Sequence record: OQ349392.1
DNA: 64,000 nt
Origin: Escherichia phage KIT06
Direction: 5' to 3' (one strand)
The notes beneath the pieces were generated by a model. The model was not told the origin of the DNA. It saw only the letters and a program-made list of their open reading frames with translations, and made no database searches. This document shows, piece by piece, positions 28,369 through 38,085 of this stretch. Both the position numbers and the translations under genes were made by a program. Position 1 is the stretch's first letter; every line of letters starts with the position of its first letter.

Positions 28369-28398
28369 TATGCTTTAAGATAGATCTTCAAATATTAT
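28369..28398 (+). promoter_or_regulatory. possible MotA-dependent middle promoter upstream of gene 55
   Basis: MotA-box-like TATGCTTTA at 28369-28377, -10-like TATTAT about 15 nt downstream; flanking inverted repeat TAGATCT...AGATCTA. Confidence 0.4.
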
Positions 28399-28435
28399 GA
28401 TATAATAGATCTATGAATTGAGCTAAGAGGTGAAA

Positions 28436-28993
28436 ATGTCAGAAACTAAGCCTAAATATAATTACGTAAACAATAAAGAGCTTTTACAAGCTATTATTGA
28501 TTGGAAAACAGAATTAGCAAATAATAAAGACCCAAATAAAGTAGTTCGTCAGAATGATACTATCGGATTAGCCATTATGCTTATTGCAGAAGGCTTATCT
28601 AAACGTTTCAACTTTTCAGGATACACCCAATCCTGGAAACAAGAAATGATTGCAGATGGTATAGAAGCTTCTATTAAGGGGCTTCATAATTTTGATGAAA
28701 CGAAATATAAAAACCCACATGCATATATAACTCAAGCTTGTTTTAATGCATTCGTCCAACGTATTAAAAAAGAACGTAAGGAAGTTGCAAAGAAATATAG
28801 TTACTTCGTTCACAATGTCTATGACAGTCGTGACGACGATATGGTTGCGTTAGTAGATGAAACTTTTATTCAAGACATCTACGATAAAATGACGCATTAC
28901 GAAGAATCAACCTATAGAACACCGGGGGCTGAAAAGAAAAGTGTTGTAGACGATTCTCCTAGTTTGGATTTTTTATATGAGGCTAACGATTAA
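28436..28993 (+). CDS. 55: late-transcription sigma factor gp55
   Basis: 185 aa from ATG 28436, same length as T4 gp55; [35 protein letters not shown]... recognised. Confidence 0.93.
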
Positions 28994-29195
28994 CCTCTCC
29001 GGATTCTTGGAAGAAATACCTGAAGTTGAAGCTATTCCCTATTTACTTAAAATGTATCTCAGGGAAGTTTTAGCTCTTGACATTGATATTGATCCAGAAA
29101 ATCCGTATGATACCGCTTTTAAATCTAATGGTGTAGAATTAAACTATCGGTATCATTTAACAGATGATGATTTTTATTTTATATTAGAGAAATAA
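28977..29195 (+). CDS. hypothetical protein
   Basis: 72-aa ORF overlapping end of gene 55. Confidence 0.45.
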
Positions 29196-29196
29196 T

Positions 29197-29514
29197 ATGA
29201 CTGATAAACCCGAAATTAATGATGAAGTGGAAAAGCTTATTTCTTCTATTGAAGAAAAGAACCGTCTTGAAGCAGAAAGAAAAGCAAATAAGTTATTGTC
29301 TAAAAACAAACGCGAACTGAACCGTCTTTATAAGCACGCTCAGATTGCAGCTGAAAACAATAATTTTGCTCAATACGAATATGCTATCAAGAAAAGTCGG
29401 GATATTCTAAAACAGCCATATAACGATGAACTTATTAGTATTCTTTGGAAGACTACTAGATCGCAGATTGAGGATATGATTGATGCTTACACACGTAAAA
29501 TTCAAGCGTCTTAA
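29197..29514 (+). CDS. hypothetical protein (coiled-coil)
   Basis: 105-aa ORF, charged helical sequence. Confidence 0.5.
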   Translation: MTDKPEINDEVEKLISSIEEKNRLEAERKANKLLSKNKRELNRLYKHAQIAAENNNFAQYEYAIKKSRDILKQPYNDELISILWKTTRSQIEDMIDAYTRKIQAS

Positions 29515-29686
29515 AATTAACGCAGGATTTACTGAATCTTTGAATGGTCATCTTTGTGTGAAAATTTCTGAAAAAGAATACCATGATAGTTCAATTAAAG
29601 AAGTTAATCCTCCTATTGTAAGAGCAGACCCTAATATGAAAGTGTGGGTTGATTCTTATCAAGTCAAAAAATGGTGGCAACTGTGA
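29483..29686 (+). CDS. hypothetical protein
   Basis: 67 aa from ATG 29483 (track start 29480 is TTG); overlaps upstream gene. Confidence 0.4.
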   Translation: MLTHVKFKRLKINAGFTESLNGHLCVKISEKEYHDSSIKEVNPPIVRADPNMKVWVDSYQVKKWWQL

Positions 29687-29862
29687 AAGATGAACACCAG
29701 ACTTCTGAAATAGATTATAATAAAATTCGTTCCTCTAAAGTAGAAATGATGAGACGCTTTAAAGAGGCTCATGATAAAGCTAAAGCAGAAGGAACTATAA
29801 CGTATAAGCGTATTAAATTTAGAAGCTCTAATGAGCCTCTGTACGGTGTATTATGCGGATAG
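29671..29862 (+). CDS. hypothetical protein
   Basis: 63-aa ORF followed by terminator. Confidence 0.45.
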   Translation: MVATVKDEHQTSEIDYNKIRSSKVEMMRRFKEAHDKAKAEGTITYKRIKFRSSNEPLYGVLCG

Positions 29863-29880
29863 GAGCTTCGGCTCCTATAT
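29860..29880 (+). terminator. rho-independent terminator (UUCG tetraloop), weak U-tract
   Basis: TAGGAGC TTCG GCTCCTA followed by TATATTG. Confidence 0.5.
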
Positions 29881-29928
29881 TGCTTTATAAATTTTTGGTA
29901 AAATAAACCAAAACAATGAGGATATTAA

Positions 29929-31131
29929 ATGAAAGTATGTATTTTTATGGCTCGAGGTCTTGAAGGTTGCGGTGTAACTAAATTTTCTCTTGAGCAGCGT
30001 GATTGGTTTATTAAAAATGGTCATGAAGTAACTTTGGTTTATGCTAAAGATAAATCATTTACTCGTAATTGCGCGCATGATTATAAATCATTTTCAATTC
30101 CGGTTTTATTGGCAAAAGAATACGATAAAACGCTTAAGCTGGTAAATGATTGTGATATTCTAGTTATCAATTCAGTTCCTGCTACTTCAGTCGAAGAAGA
30201 CACAATTAATAACTATAAAAAAATTATTGATAACATTAAACCTTCGGTTCGTGTTGTAGTTTATCAGCATGACCATTCTTCTCTTTCTTTGCGTCGAAAT
30301 TTGGGATTAGAAGAAACTGTTCGTCGAGCTGATGTTATTTTTAGCCATTCTGATAATGGCGATTTTAATAAAGTTTTAATGAAAGAATGGTATCCAGAAA
30401 CTGTTTCACTGTTTGATGATATTGAAGAAGCACCGACTGTATATAACTTTCAGCCTCCTATGGATATTGCGAAGGTTCGATCAACTTACTGGAAAGATGT
30501 TTCTGAAATTAACATGAATATCAACCGTTGGATTGGTCGTACTACTACATGGAAAGGCTTTTATCAGATGTTTGATTTTCACGAAAAACATCTTAAACCT
30601 GCAGGACTAAGTACTATTATGGAAGGTCTGGAACGTTCTCCAGCGTTCATTCCTATTAAAGAAAAAGGAATTCCATACGAGTATTATCGTCTTCATCAAG
30701 TAGACCAAATTAAAATTGCTCCTAATTTGCCGACGCAAATTCTCGACCGTTATGTAAATAGCGAAATGCTTGAACGCATGAGTAAATCCGGATTTGGTTA
30801 TCAGCTGAGTAAATTAGATAAAAAATATCTACAGCGTTCTTTAGAATATACTCATCTCGAGCTTGGTGCGTGTGGAACAATTCCGGTATTTTGGAAATCT
30901 ACTGGCGAAAATTTAAAATTCCGTGTTGATAATACTCCGTTAATTTCACATGATAGTGGTATCGTTTGGTTTGATGAAAATGACATGGAATCAACATTTG
31001 AACGTATTAAAGAACTGTCATCTGATCGAGCTCTTTATGACCGTGAACGTGAAAAAGCTTATGAATTTTTGTATCAGCATCAAGATTCAAGCTTCTGCTT
31101 TAAAGAACAGTTTGACATTATTACAAAATAA
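29929..31131 (+). CDS. a-gt: DNA alpha-glucosyltransferase
   Basis: 400 aa, same as T4 alpha-gt; sequence recognised along whole length. Confidence 0.9.
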   Translation: MKVCIFMARGLEGCGVTKFSLEQRDWFIKNGHEVTLVYAKDKSFTRNCAHDYKSFSIPVLLAKEYDKTLKLVNDCDILVINSVPATSVEEDTINNYKKIIDNIKPSVRVVVYQHDHSSLSLRRNLGLEETVRRADVIFSHSDNGDFNKVLMKEWYPETVSLFDDIEEAPTVYNFQPPMDIAKVRSTYWKDVSEINMNINRWIGRTTTWKGFYQMFDFHEKHLKPAGLSTIMEGLERSPAFIPIKEKGIPYEYYRLHQVDQIKIAPNLPTQILDRYVNSEMLERMSKSGFGYQLSKLDKKYLQRSLEYTHLELGACGTIPVFWKSTGENLKFRVDNTPLISHDSGIVWFDENDMESTFERIKELSSDRALYDREREKAYEFLYQHQDSSFCFKEQFDIITK

Positions 31132-31150
31132 AGGGCTTCGGCCCTTTAGC
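31131..31150 (+). terminator. rho-independent terminator (UUCG tetraloop)
   Basis: AAGGGC TTCG GCCCTT followed by TAGCTTTAT. Confidence 0.65.
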
Positions 31151-31170
31151 TTTATACGGAGTTTGATATA

Positions 31171-31311
31171 ATGATATTTCTTGGATATGTGATACTTTTT
31201 CTTGCATTTTATCTATTTGCTAGAGCATGTTGGATTGGGTTCTTTAGCACTCCAGATGGATTTATTTCAATAATTTTATTTTGCATTTCAATGACGGTTC
31301 TTGATATATGA
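31171..31311 (+). CDS. hypothetical small hydrophobic peptide
   Basis: 46 aa (MIFLGYVILFLAFYLFARACWIGFF...), ATG 31171, stop overlaps gene 47 start (ATGA). Confidence 0.35.
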   Translation: MIFLGYVILFLAFYLFARACWIGFFSTPDGFISIILFCISMTVLDI

Positions 31312-32327
31312 AAATTTTAAATTTAGGTGATTGGCATTTAGGCGTTAAAGCTGATGATGAGTGGATTCAATCAATCCAGTTGGATGGAATTAAGCAAGCG
31401 ATAGAATATTCTAAGAAAAACGGAATTACTACATGGATTCAATACGGCGATATTTTTGATGTGCGAAAAGCAATCACACATAAAACTATGGAGTTCGCCC
31501 GTGAAATAGTTCAAATGCTTGATGATGCTGGTATTACCCTGCATACTGTTGTAGGAAACCATGATATGCACTTTAAAAATACTTTAACTCCAAATGCTTC
31601 TACTGAGCTTTTGGCTAAATATTCTAATGTTAAAGTATATGATAAGCCTACTACAGTAGATTTTGACGGATGTTTGATTGATTTAATTCCTTGGATGTGT
31701 GAAGAAAATACTGGTGAAATTCTTGAACACATCAAAACTTCATCTGCTTCTTTTTGTGTCGGTCACTGGGAACTGAATGGATTTTATTTTTATAAAGGAA
31801 TGAAATCTCACGGTCTTGAACCTGATTTCCTTAAGACTTATAAAGAGGTGTGGTCTGGTCACTTCCATACTATCTCTGAGGCTGCTAACGTCAGATATAT
31901 TGGGACACCATGGACACTAACTGCAGGTGACGAGAATGACCCTCGTGGGTTCTGGATGTTTGATACAGAAACAGAACGAATGGAATTTATTCCAAACAAC
32001 ACTACCTGGCATCGTCGAATTCAATATCCATTTAAGGGAAAAATTGACTATAAAGATTTTACAAATCTATCAGTACGTGTTATAGTAACTGAGGTAGACA
32101 AAAATCTGACGAAGTTCGAATCTGAACTAGAAAAAGTTGTGCATTCATTACGAGTTGTGTCAAAGATTGATAACTCTGTCGAGTCAGATGATAGTGAAGA
32201 AGTTGAAGTTCAATCTCTTCAGACGTTAATGGAAGAATACATTAATGCAATTCCAGACATCACTGATTCTGACCGCGAAGCACTTATTCAATATGCAAAT
32301 CAGTTATATGTAGAGGCAACACAATGA
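31308..32327 (+). CDS. 47: recombination endonuclease subunit gp47 (Mre11-like)
   Basis: 339 aa as in T4; phosphoesterase motifs LGDWHLG, GDIFD, GNHD, GHWE, GHFH. Confidence 0.93.
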   Translation: MKILNLGDWHLGVKADDEWIQSIQLDGIKQAIEYSKKNGITTWIQYGDIFDVRKAITHKTMEFAREIVQMLDDAGITLHTVVGNHDMHFKNTLTPNASTELLAKYSNVKVYDKPTTVDFDGCLIDLIPWMCEENTGEILEHIKTSSASFCVGHWELNGFYFYKGMKSHGLEPDFLKTYKEVWSGHFHTISEAANVRYIGTPWTLTAGDENDPRGFWMFDTETERMEFIPNNTTWHRRIQYPFKGKIDYKDFTNLSVRVIVTEVDKNLTKFESELEKVVHSLRVVSKIDNSVESDDSEEVEVQSLQTLMEEYINAIPDITDSDREALIQYANQLYVEATQ

Positions 32328-32587
32328 CTTTTGATGAATTTAAAAATGTTATGATGAGTCAGCATTTTGAATGCGAAGTAAAAGATGATATTGGGCATAA
32401 AGAAATTATTGAATATTGGTTTGAACCGCTAGAGGTTGAAGATAATTGTATTAAAAAGGTCACGGTCTGCACTGACTGGGCTGTATCTTTTAACTTCAAC
32501 ATTTTAGATAATGACACACCTAAATCATTACAAGATATGGCTGTATCTTGTATTAAGGATGCATACTGTGAAGTTTTCGACATTTGA
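32324..32587 (+). CDS. hypothetical protein
   Basis: 87-aa ORF, ATGA overlap with gene 47. Confidence 0.45.
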   Translation: MTFDEFKNVMMSQHFECEVKDDIGHKEIIEYWFEPLEVEDNCIKKVTVCTDWAVSFNFNILDNDTPKSLQDMAVSCIKDAYCEVFDI

Positions 32588-32774
32588 CATTAATGATGAA
32601 TTCATAGCAAATATTGATTACACCGAAGAAGATTCTAGATATGTTGGAATAATTTATATCACATCAAAAGCAGCACAAGGTGTTGTTTGCATGGCTGAAT
32701 TTGATGAATACTTTTTAGATTATGACGATATGATAGAATGGTCTAAAAGATACATTAAAAGGAATCTTTTGTGA
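32559..32774 (+). CDS. hypothetical protein (start uncertain)
   Basis: ORF 32511..32774; first ATG 32559, possible GTG 32568 with AAGGA upstream. Confidence 0.35.
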   Translation: MHTVKFSTFDINDEFIANIDYTEEDSRYVGIIYITSKAAQGVVCMAEFDEYFLDYDDMIEWSKRYIKRNLL

Positions 32775-34453
32775 AGAATTTTAAACTAAACCGAGTTAGG
32801 TATCAAAATATAATGTCAGTAGGTGGAAATCCTATTGACATTCAACTAGATAAGGTTCAAAAAACTCTTATTACTGGACGAAATGGCGGTGGTAAGTCTA
32901 CTATGTTAGAAGCCATCACATTTGGGCTTTTCGGCAAGCCATTCCGTGATGTAAAGAAAGGTCAATTAATAAACAGCACAAATAAGAAAGAACTTTTAGT
33001 TGAACTGTGGATGGAATATGATGAGAAAAAGTACTATATCAAAAGAGGACAAAAACCAAACGTTTTCGAAATCACCGTTAACGGTACACGTCTTAATGAA
33101 TCTGCCAGCAGTAAAGATTTCCAAGCAGAATTTGAACAGCTTATCGGAATGTCATATGCCAGTTTCAAGCAGATTGTTGTCCTTGGTACAGCAGGGTATA
33201 CCCCTTTCATGGGTTTGTCGACCCCTGCGCGAAGAAAGCTTGTGGAAGACCTGCTTGAGGTAGGAACATTAGCTGAAATGGATAAGCTTAATAAAGCACT
33301 AATACGTGAATTAAATTCACAAAACCAAGTGCTTGATGTTAAAAAAGATAGTATTATCCAACAAATTAAAATATATAATGATAACGTTGAACGCCAGAAA
33401 AAATTAACTGGTGATAATCTTACTCGTCTGCAGAATATGTATGATGATTTAGCAAAAGAAGCTAGAACGTTAAAATCGGAAATAGAAGAAGCTAATGAAA
33501 GATTAGTTAATATTGTTTTGGATGAAGACCCGACTGATGCATTTAATAAAATCGGTCAAGAAGCATTTTTAATTAAATCAAAAATTGACTCGTATAATAA
33601 AGTTATTAATATGTATCACGAAGGTGGATTATGTCCAACCTGTTTGTCACAATTAAGTTCCGGTGATAAAGTTGTTTCTAAAATTAAAGATAAAGTTTCT
33701 GAATGCACGCATTCATTTGAACAGCTTTCAACACATCGTGATAATTTAAAAGTTCTTGTTGATGAATACCGAGATAATATTAAAACCCAACAGACGTTGG
33801 CAAATGATATTCGCAATAAAAAGCAATCTCTAATCACGACTGTAGATAAAGCTAAAAAGGTTAAAGCGGCTATAGAAAAAGCATCATCTGAGTTTATTGA
33901 CCATGCTGATGAAATAGCACTGCTTCAAGAAGAACTTGATAAAATTGTTAAGACAAAAACTAATTTAGTAATGGAAAAATACCACAGAGGAATTTTGACT
34001 GACATGCTCAAAGATTCTGGTATTAAAGGTGCTATTATTAAAAAGTACATTCCATTATTTAATAAGCAAATTAACCATTATCTTAAAATAATGGAAGCGG
34101 ATTATGTGTTTACATTAGATGAAGAATTTAATGAGACAATTAAATCCCGTGGTCGTGAAGATTTTAGTTATGCTTCATTTAGTCAAGGTGAAAAAGCACG
34201 AATTGATATTGCTCTTTTATTTACTTGGCGTGATATTGCTGAAAAAGTTTCAGGTGTTAAAATAAACACACTAATTCTTGATGAAGTTTTTGATTCAGCA
34301 ACTGATGTTGAAGGCGTAAAAGCTATTTCAACTATTTTAGATAGTTTAAAAAATACTAATGTTTTTGTTATTTCGCATAGAGACCATGACCCACAAGCAT
34401 ATGGTCAGCATCTTCAAATGAAGAAAGTTGGTCGATTTACTGTAATGGTTTAA
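32771..34453 (+). CDS. 46: recombination endonuclease subunit gp46 (Rad50/SbcC-like ATPase), GTG start
   Basis: 560 aa as in T4; Walker A GRNGGGKST, zinc hook CPTC, signature SQGE, Walker B LILDEVFD; GTG start with AAGGA. Confidence 0.93.
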   Translation: MKNFKLNRVRYQNIMSVGGNPIDIQLDKVQKTLITGRNGGGKSTMLEAITFGLFGKPFRDVKKGQLINSTNKKELLVELWMEYDEKKYYIKRGQKPNVFEITVNGTRLNESASSKDFQAEFEQLIGMSYASFKQIVVLGTAGYTPFMGLSTPARRKLVEDLLEVGTLAEMDKLNKALIRELNSQNQVLDVKKDSIIQQIKIYNDNVERQKKLTGDNLTRLQNMYDDLAKEARTLKSEIEEANERLVNIVLDEDPTDAFNKIGQEAFLIKSKIDSYNKVINMYHEGGLCPTCLSQLSSGDKVVSKIKDKVSECTHSFEQLSTHRDNLKVLVDEYRDNIKTQQTLANDIRNKKQSLITTVDKAKKVKAAIEKASSEFIDHADEIALLQEELDKIVKTKTNLVMEKYHRGILTDMLKDSGIKGAIIKKYIPLFNKQINHYLKIMEADYVFTLDEEFNETIKSRGREDFSYASFSQGEKARIDIALLFTWRDIAEKVSGVKINTLILDEVFDSATDVEGVKAISTILDSLKNTNVFVISHRDHDPQAYGQHLQMKKVGRFTVMV

Positions 34454-34508
34454 TTTATAAGAGATTATGCTTTAATTTATTAGAGTATAATCTCTATGGA
34501 GGAAAAAC

Positions 34509-34697
34509 ATGGAATATTCAACTGGACAGCATCTATTAACTATTCCTGAAATAAAACGATATATTCTGAGAAATAATTTTTCTAATGAAGAGCATATAGT
34601 TACTGAATCTATGCTTAAGAATGCATTTAAATCAGAATATACGAAAATAATGTCCAACAGAAATGAAGCTTGGACTGTTACTGATTATTATGACTAA
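34509..34697 (+). CDS. hypothetical protein
   Basis: 62-aa ORF, SD GGAGGAAA. Confidence 0.45.
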   Translation: MEYSTGQHLLTIPEIKRYILRNNFSNEEHIVTESMLKNAFKSEYTKIMSNRNEAWTVTDYYD

Positions 34698-34706
34698 AGG
34701 TGTATT

Positions 34707-35096
34707 ATGACTAAAATTACCGTGAATTATACTGTTGATGTAAAAGATATTCAGCCAAAACACGTGCGTTCTGAATCAAATCCACAAAACCAAAATAAAA
34801 TTCGTCGAGCATGGGTTTTGTCTCTTTCTGATAACGCGATGGAAGTTATTCAGAACAAAATTAAATCTGCACCTGCTCGTCATGCGTATTATGAAGCTAT
34901 CGATCGTGAAGTTAGTGATAAATGGATTGAACTGATGCGCAAACATACGGCAGAATCTCTAAATGCTGGTGCTAAATTTATTATGACTTCATGCGGTGAA
35001 CGCCTTGAAGATGATTATTGCGGTAATGCAGATGAACGTCTAATTGTTGCTGCTCAAATTGTTGCGGAAACAATTGCTGCTGATTTTAATCGTTAA
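34707..35096 (+). CDS. rpbA: RNA polymerase binding protein RpbA
   Basis: 129 aa as in T4 RpbA; located immediately upstream of gene 45; sequence recognised from memory. Confidence 0.8.
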   Translation: MTKITVNYTVDVKDIQPKHVRSESNPQNQNKIRRAWVLSLSDNAMEVIQNKIKSAPARHAYYEAIDREVSDKWIELMRKHTAESLNAGAKFIMTSCGERLEDDYCGNADERLIVAAQIVAETIAADFNR

Positions 35097-35151
35097 TTGC
35101 TTTATTAAATTAGTTATAAAATTAAATCTCATTTGAATTGAAGGAAATTAC

Positions 35152-35838
35152 ATGAAACTGTCTAAAGATACTACTGCTCTGCTTAAAAATTTCGCTACTA
35201 TTAACTCTGGTATTATGCTTAAATCCGGTCAATTTATTATGACTCGCGCGGTTAATGGTACCACTTATGCGGAAGCAAATATTTCTGACACTATTGATTT
35301 TGATGTAGCAATTTACGATTTGAACGGTTTTCTCGGTATTCTGTCTCTAGTTAATGACGATGCAGAAATTTCCCAGTCAGAAGATGGAAATATTAAAATT
35401 GCTGATGCCCGTTCAACAATTTTTTGGCCAGCAGCCGATCCGAGTACAGTAGTTGCTCCTAATAAACCAATTCCATTCCCGGTAGCATCTGTTGTTACTG
35501 AAATTAAAGCTGAAGACCTTCAACAGCTGTTGCGTGTATCTCGTGGTCTGCAGATTGATACAATTGCTATCACAGTAAAAGAAGGTAAAATCGTAATTAA
35601 CGGTTTTAATAAAGTAGAAGATTCTGCTTTGACTCGTGTTAAATATTCTTTGACTCTTGGTGATTATGATGGTGAAAATACATTTAATTTCATTATCAAT
35701 ATGGCAAATATGAAAATGCAACCAGGAAATTATAAACTTCTTCTCTGGGCAAAAGGTAAACAAGGCGCTGCTAAATTTGAAGGTGAACACGCGAATTATG
35801 TAGTAGCTCTTGAAGCTGATTCTACCCACGATTTTTAA
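35152..35838 (+). CDS. 45: sliding clamp gp45
   Basis: 228 aa as in T4; MKLSKDTTALLKNFATINSGIMLKSGQFIMTRAVNGTTYAEANISDT... recognised. Confidence 0.95.
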   Translation: MKLSKDTTALLKNFATINSGIMLKSGQFIMTRAVNGTTYAEANISDTIDFDVAIYDLNGFLGILSLVNDDAEISQSEDGNIKIADARSTIFWPAADPSTVVAPNKPIPFPVASVVTEIKAEDLQQLLRVSRGLQIDTIAITVKEGKIVINGFNKVEDSALTRVKYSLTLGDYDGENTFNFIINMANMKMQPGNYKLLLWAKGKQGAAKFEGEHANYVVALEADSTHDF

Positions 35839-35840
35839 TA

Positions 35841-35862
35841 GAGGGCTTCGGCCCTTTATAAT
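35841..35862 (+). terminator. hairpin (UUCG tetraloop) between 45 and 44
   Basis: AGGGC TTCG GCCCT followed by TTATAATTT. Confidence 0.55.
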
Positions 35863-35889
35863 TTACACTAAAACTTGAATGAGGAAATT

Positions 35890-36849
35890 ATGATTACTGT
35901 AAATGAAAAAGAACACATTCTTGAACAGAAATATCGTCCATCTACTATCGATGAATGTATTCTTCCCGCCTTTGATAAAGAAACCTTTAAATCTATTACA
36001 AGTAAAGGTAAGATTCCACATATTATTCTTCATTCTCCTTCTCCAGGAACAGGTAAAACAACTGTAGCAAAAGCATTGTGTCATGATGTAAATGCTGATA
36101 TGATGTTTGTGAATGGATCAGATTGTAAAATTGATTTCGTTCGTGGTCCTTTGACTAATTTTGCCAGTGCAGCTTCATTTGATGGTCGTCAAAAAGTAAT
36201 CGTTATTGATGAATTTGACCGTTCAGGGTTAGCAGAGTCTCAGCGACATCTTCGTTCCTTTATGGAAGCTTATAGTTCAAACTGTAGTATTATTATTACT
36301 GCTAACAATATTGATGGTATTATTAAACCGCTTCAGTCACGCTGCCGAGTTATTACGTTCGGTCAACCGACCGATGAAGATAAAATTGAAATGATGAAGC
36401 AGATGATTCGTCGATTGACTGAAATCTGTAAGCATGAAGGAATTGCTATAGCTGATATGAAAGTTGTAGCAGCTTTGGTTAAAAAGAATTTTCCTGATTT
36501 TCGTAAAACTATTGGCGAGCTCGATAGTTATTCATCTAAAGGTGTTTTGGATGCTGGTATTTTATCACTGGTTACTAACGATCGTGGTGCTATTGATGAT
36601 GTTCTTGAGTCTCTCAAAAATAAAGATGTTAAACAACTCAGAGCTTTAGCACCAAAATATGCGGCTGATTATTCGTGGTTCGTTGGTAAACTTGCCGAAG
36701 AAATTTATACACGCGTAACTCCGCAAAGTATTATTCGTATGTATGAAATTGTTGGTGAAAATAACCAGTATCATGGAATTGCGGCTAATACGGAATTACA
36801 TTTAGCATATCTTTTCATTCAATTGGCATGTGAAATGCAGTGGAAGTGA
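35890..36849 (+). CDS. 44: clamp loader large subunit gp44
   Basis: 319 aa from ATG 35890; Walker [11 protein letters not shown], Walker B VIVIDEFD; matches T4 gp44. Confidence 0.95.
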   Translation: MITVNEKEHILEQKYRPSTIDECILPAFDKETFKSITSKGKIPHIILHSPSPGTGKTTVAKALCHDVNADMMFVNGSDCKIDFVRGPLTNFASAASFDGRQKVIVIDEFDRSGLAESQRHLRSFMEAYSSNCSIIITANNIDGIIKPLQSRCRVITFGQPTDEDKIEMMKQMIRRLTEICKHEGIAIADMKVVAALVKKNFPDFRKTIGELDSYSSKGVLDAGILSLVTNDRGAIDDVLESLKNKDVKQLRALAPKYAADYSWFVGKLAEEIYTRVTPQSIIRMYEIVGENNQYHGIAANTELHLAYLFIQLACEMQWK

Positions 36850-36850
36850 T

Positions 36851-37414
36851 ATGAGCTTATTTGAAGATGATATTCAATTAAACGAGCATCAAGTTGCTTG
36901 GTATTCAAAAGATTGGACAGCTGTCCAATCTGCTGCTGATTCTTTTAAAGAAAAAGCTGAAAATGAATTTTTTGAAATAATTGGAGCTATTAATAATAAA
37001 ACTAAATGCTCTATTGCTCAAAAAGATTATTCAAAATACATGGTTGAGAATGCATTATCACAATTTCCTGAATGTATGCCAGCTGTATATGCTATGAATT
37101 TAATTGGATCAGGTTTAAGCGATGAAGCCCATTTTAATTATCTAATGGCTGCTGTTCCTCGGGGTAAAAGATATGGTAAATGGGCAAAACTGGTAGAAGA
37201 TTCTACCGAAGTATTGATTATTAAGTTACTTGCTAAGCGGTATCAAGTTAATACAAATGATGCAATTAACTATAAATCAATTCTTACTAAAAATGGAAAA
37301 CTCCCTTTAGTATTAAAAGAACTAAAAGGTTTAGTCACGGATGATTTTTTGAAAGAAGTGACTAAGAACGTAAAAGAACAGAAACAACTCAAAAAACTAG
37401 CATTGGAATGGTAA
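36851..37414 (+). CDS. 62: clamp loader small subunit gp62
   Basis: 187 aa from ATG 36851; position between 44 and regA. Confidence 0.9.
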   Translation: MSLFEDDIQLNEHQVAWYSKDWTAVQSAADSFKEKAENEFFEIIGAINNKTKCSIAQKDYSKYMVENALSQFPECMPAVYAMNLIGSGLSDEAHFNYLMAAVPRGKRYGKWAKLVEDSTEVLIIKLLAKRYQVNTNDAINYKSILTKNGKLPLVLKELKGLVTDDFLKEVTKNVKEQKQLKKLALEW

Positions 37415-37415
37415 A

Positions 37416-37784
37416 ATGATTGAAATTACTCTTAAAAAACCTGAAGATTTTCTGAAAGTTAAAGAAACTCTGACTCGTATGGGAATTGCTAATAATAAAG
37501 ATAAAGTTCTATATCAGTCCTGTCATATTCTTCAGAAAAAAGGACTATACTATATCGTTCATTTTAAAGAAATGCTTCGTATGGATGGTCGCCAGGTTGA
37601 AATGACAGAAGAAGATGAAGTTCGTCGTGATTCGATTGCATGGCTGTTAGAAGATTGGGGACTGATTGAAATCGTTCCTGGTCAAAGAACTTTTATGAAA
37701 GATTTAACCAATAACTTCCGAGTTATTTCTTTTAAACAAAAACATGAATGGAAACTCGTTCCAAAATATACGATTGGTAATTAA
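37416..37784 (+). CDS. regA: translational repressor RegA
   Basis: 122 aa as in T4 RegA; MIEITLKKPEDFLKVKETLTRMGIANNKDKVLYQSCHILQKKGLYYIVHFKEM recognised. Confidence 0.93.
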   Translation: MIEITLKKPEDFLKVKETLTRMGIANNKDKVLYQSCHILQKKGLYYIVHFKEMLRMDGRQVEMTEEDEVRRDSIAWLLEDWGLIEIVPGQRTFMKDLTNNFRVISFKQKHEWKLVPKYTIGN

Positions 37785-37785
37785 T

Positions 37786-38007
37786 ATGACTGCTATAACC
37801 CCACAAGAATACATGGCGTCTCTTAAAGAAAAATATAATCTTTCTGCAACAGAAACACTTTTTGATTTACCAGAAAATCTCCAACTAAAATTTCAGGTAG
37901 AATTTCAAAAATTAGTTCACCCAGAACAAAAACACTTTACCGCAGTGGTTAAGTCAATTAATGCAGATGGATTGACAATTTTTCACCGACAAATGGTATT
38001 AATTTAA
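37786..38007 (+). CDS. hypothetical protein
   Basis: 73 aa from ATG 37786 overlapping regA stop. Confidence 0.45.
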   Translation: MTAITPQEYMASLKEKYNLSATETLFDLPENLQLKFQVEFQKLVHPEQKHFTAVVKSINADGLTIFHRQMVLI

Positions 38008-38009
38008 GC

Positions 38010-38033
38010 AAGGGGCTTCGGCCCCTTATTTGG
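38010..38033 (+). terminator. rho-independent terminator (UUCG tetraloop)
   Basis: AGGGGC TTCG GCCCCT followed by TATTTGG. Confidence 0.6.
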
Positions 38034-38085
38034 AGTATAATATATCAAGAGCCTAATAACTCGGGCTATAAACTAAGGAATATCT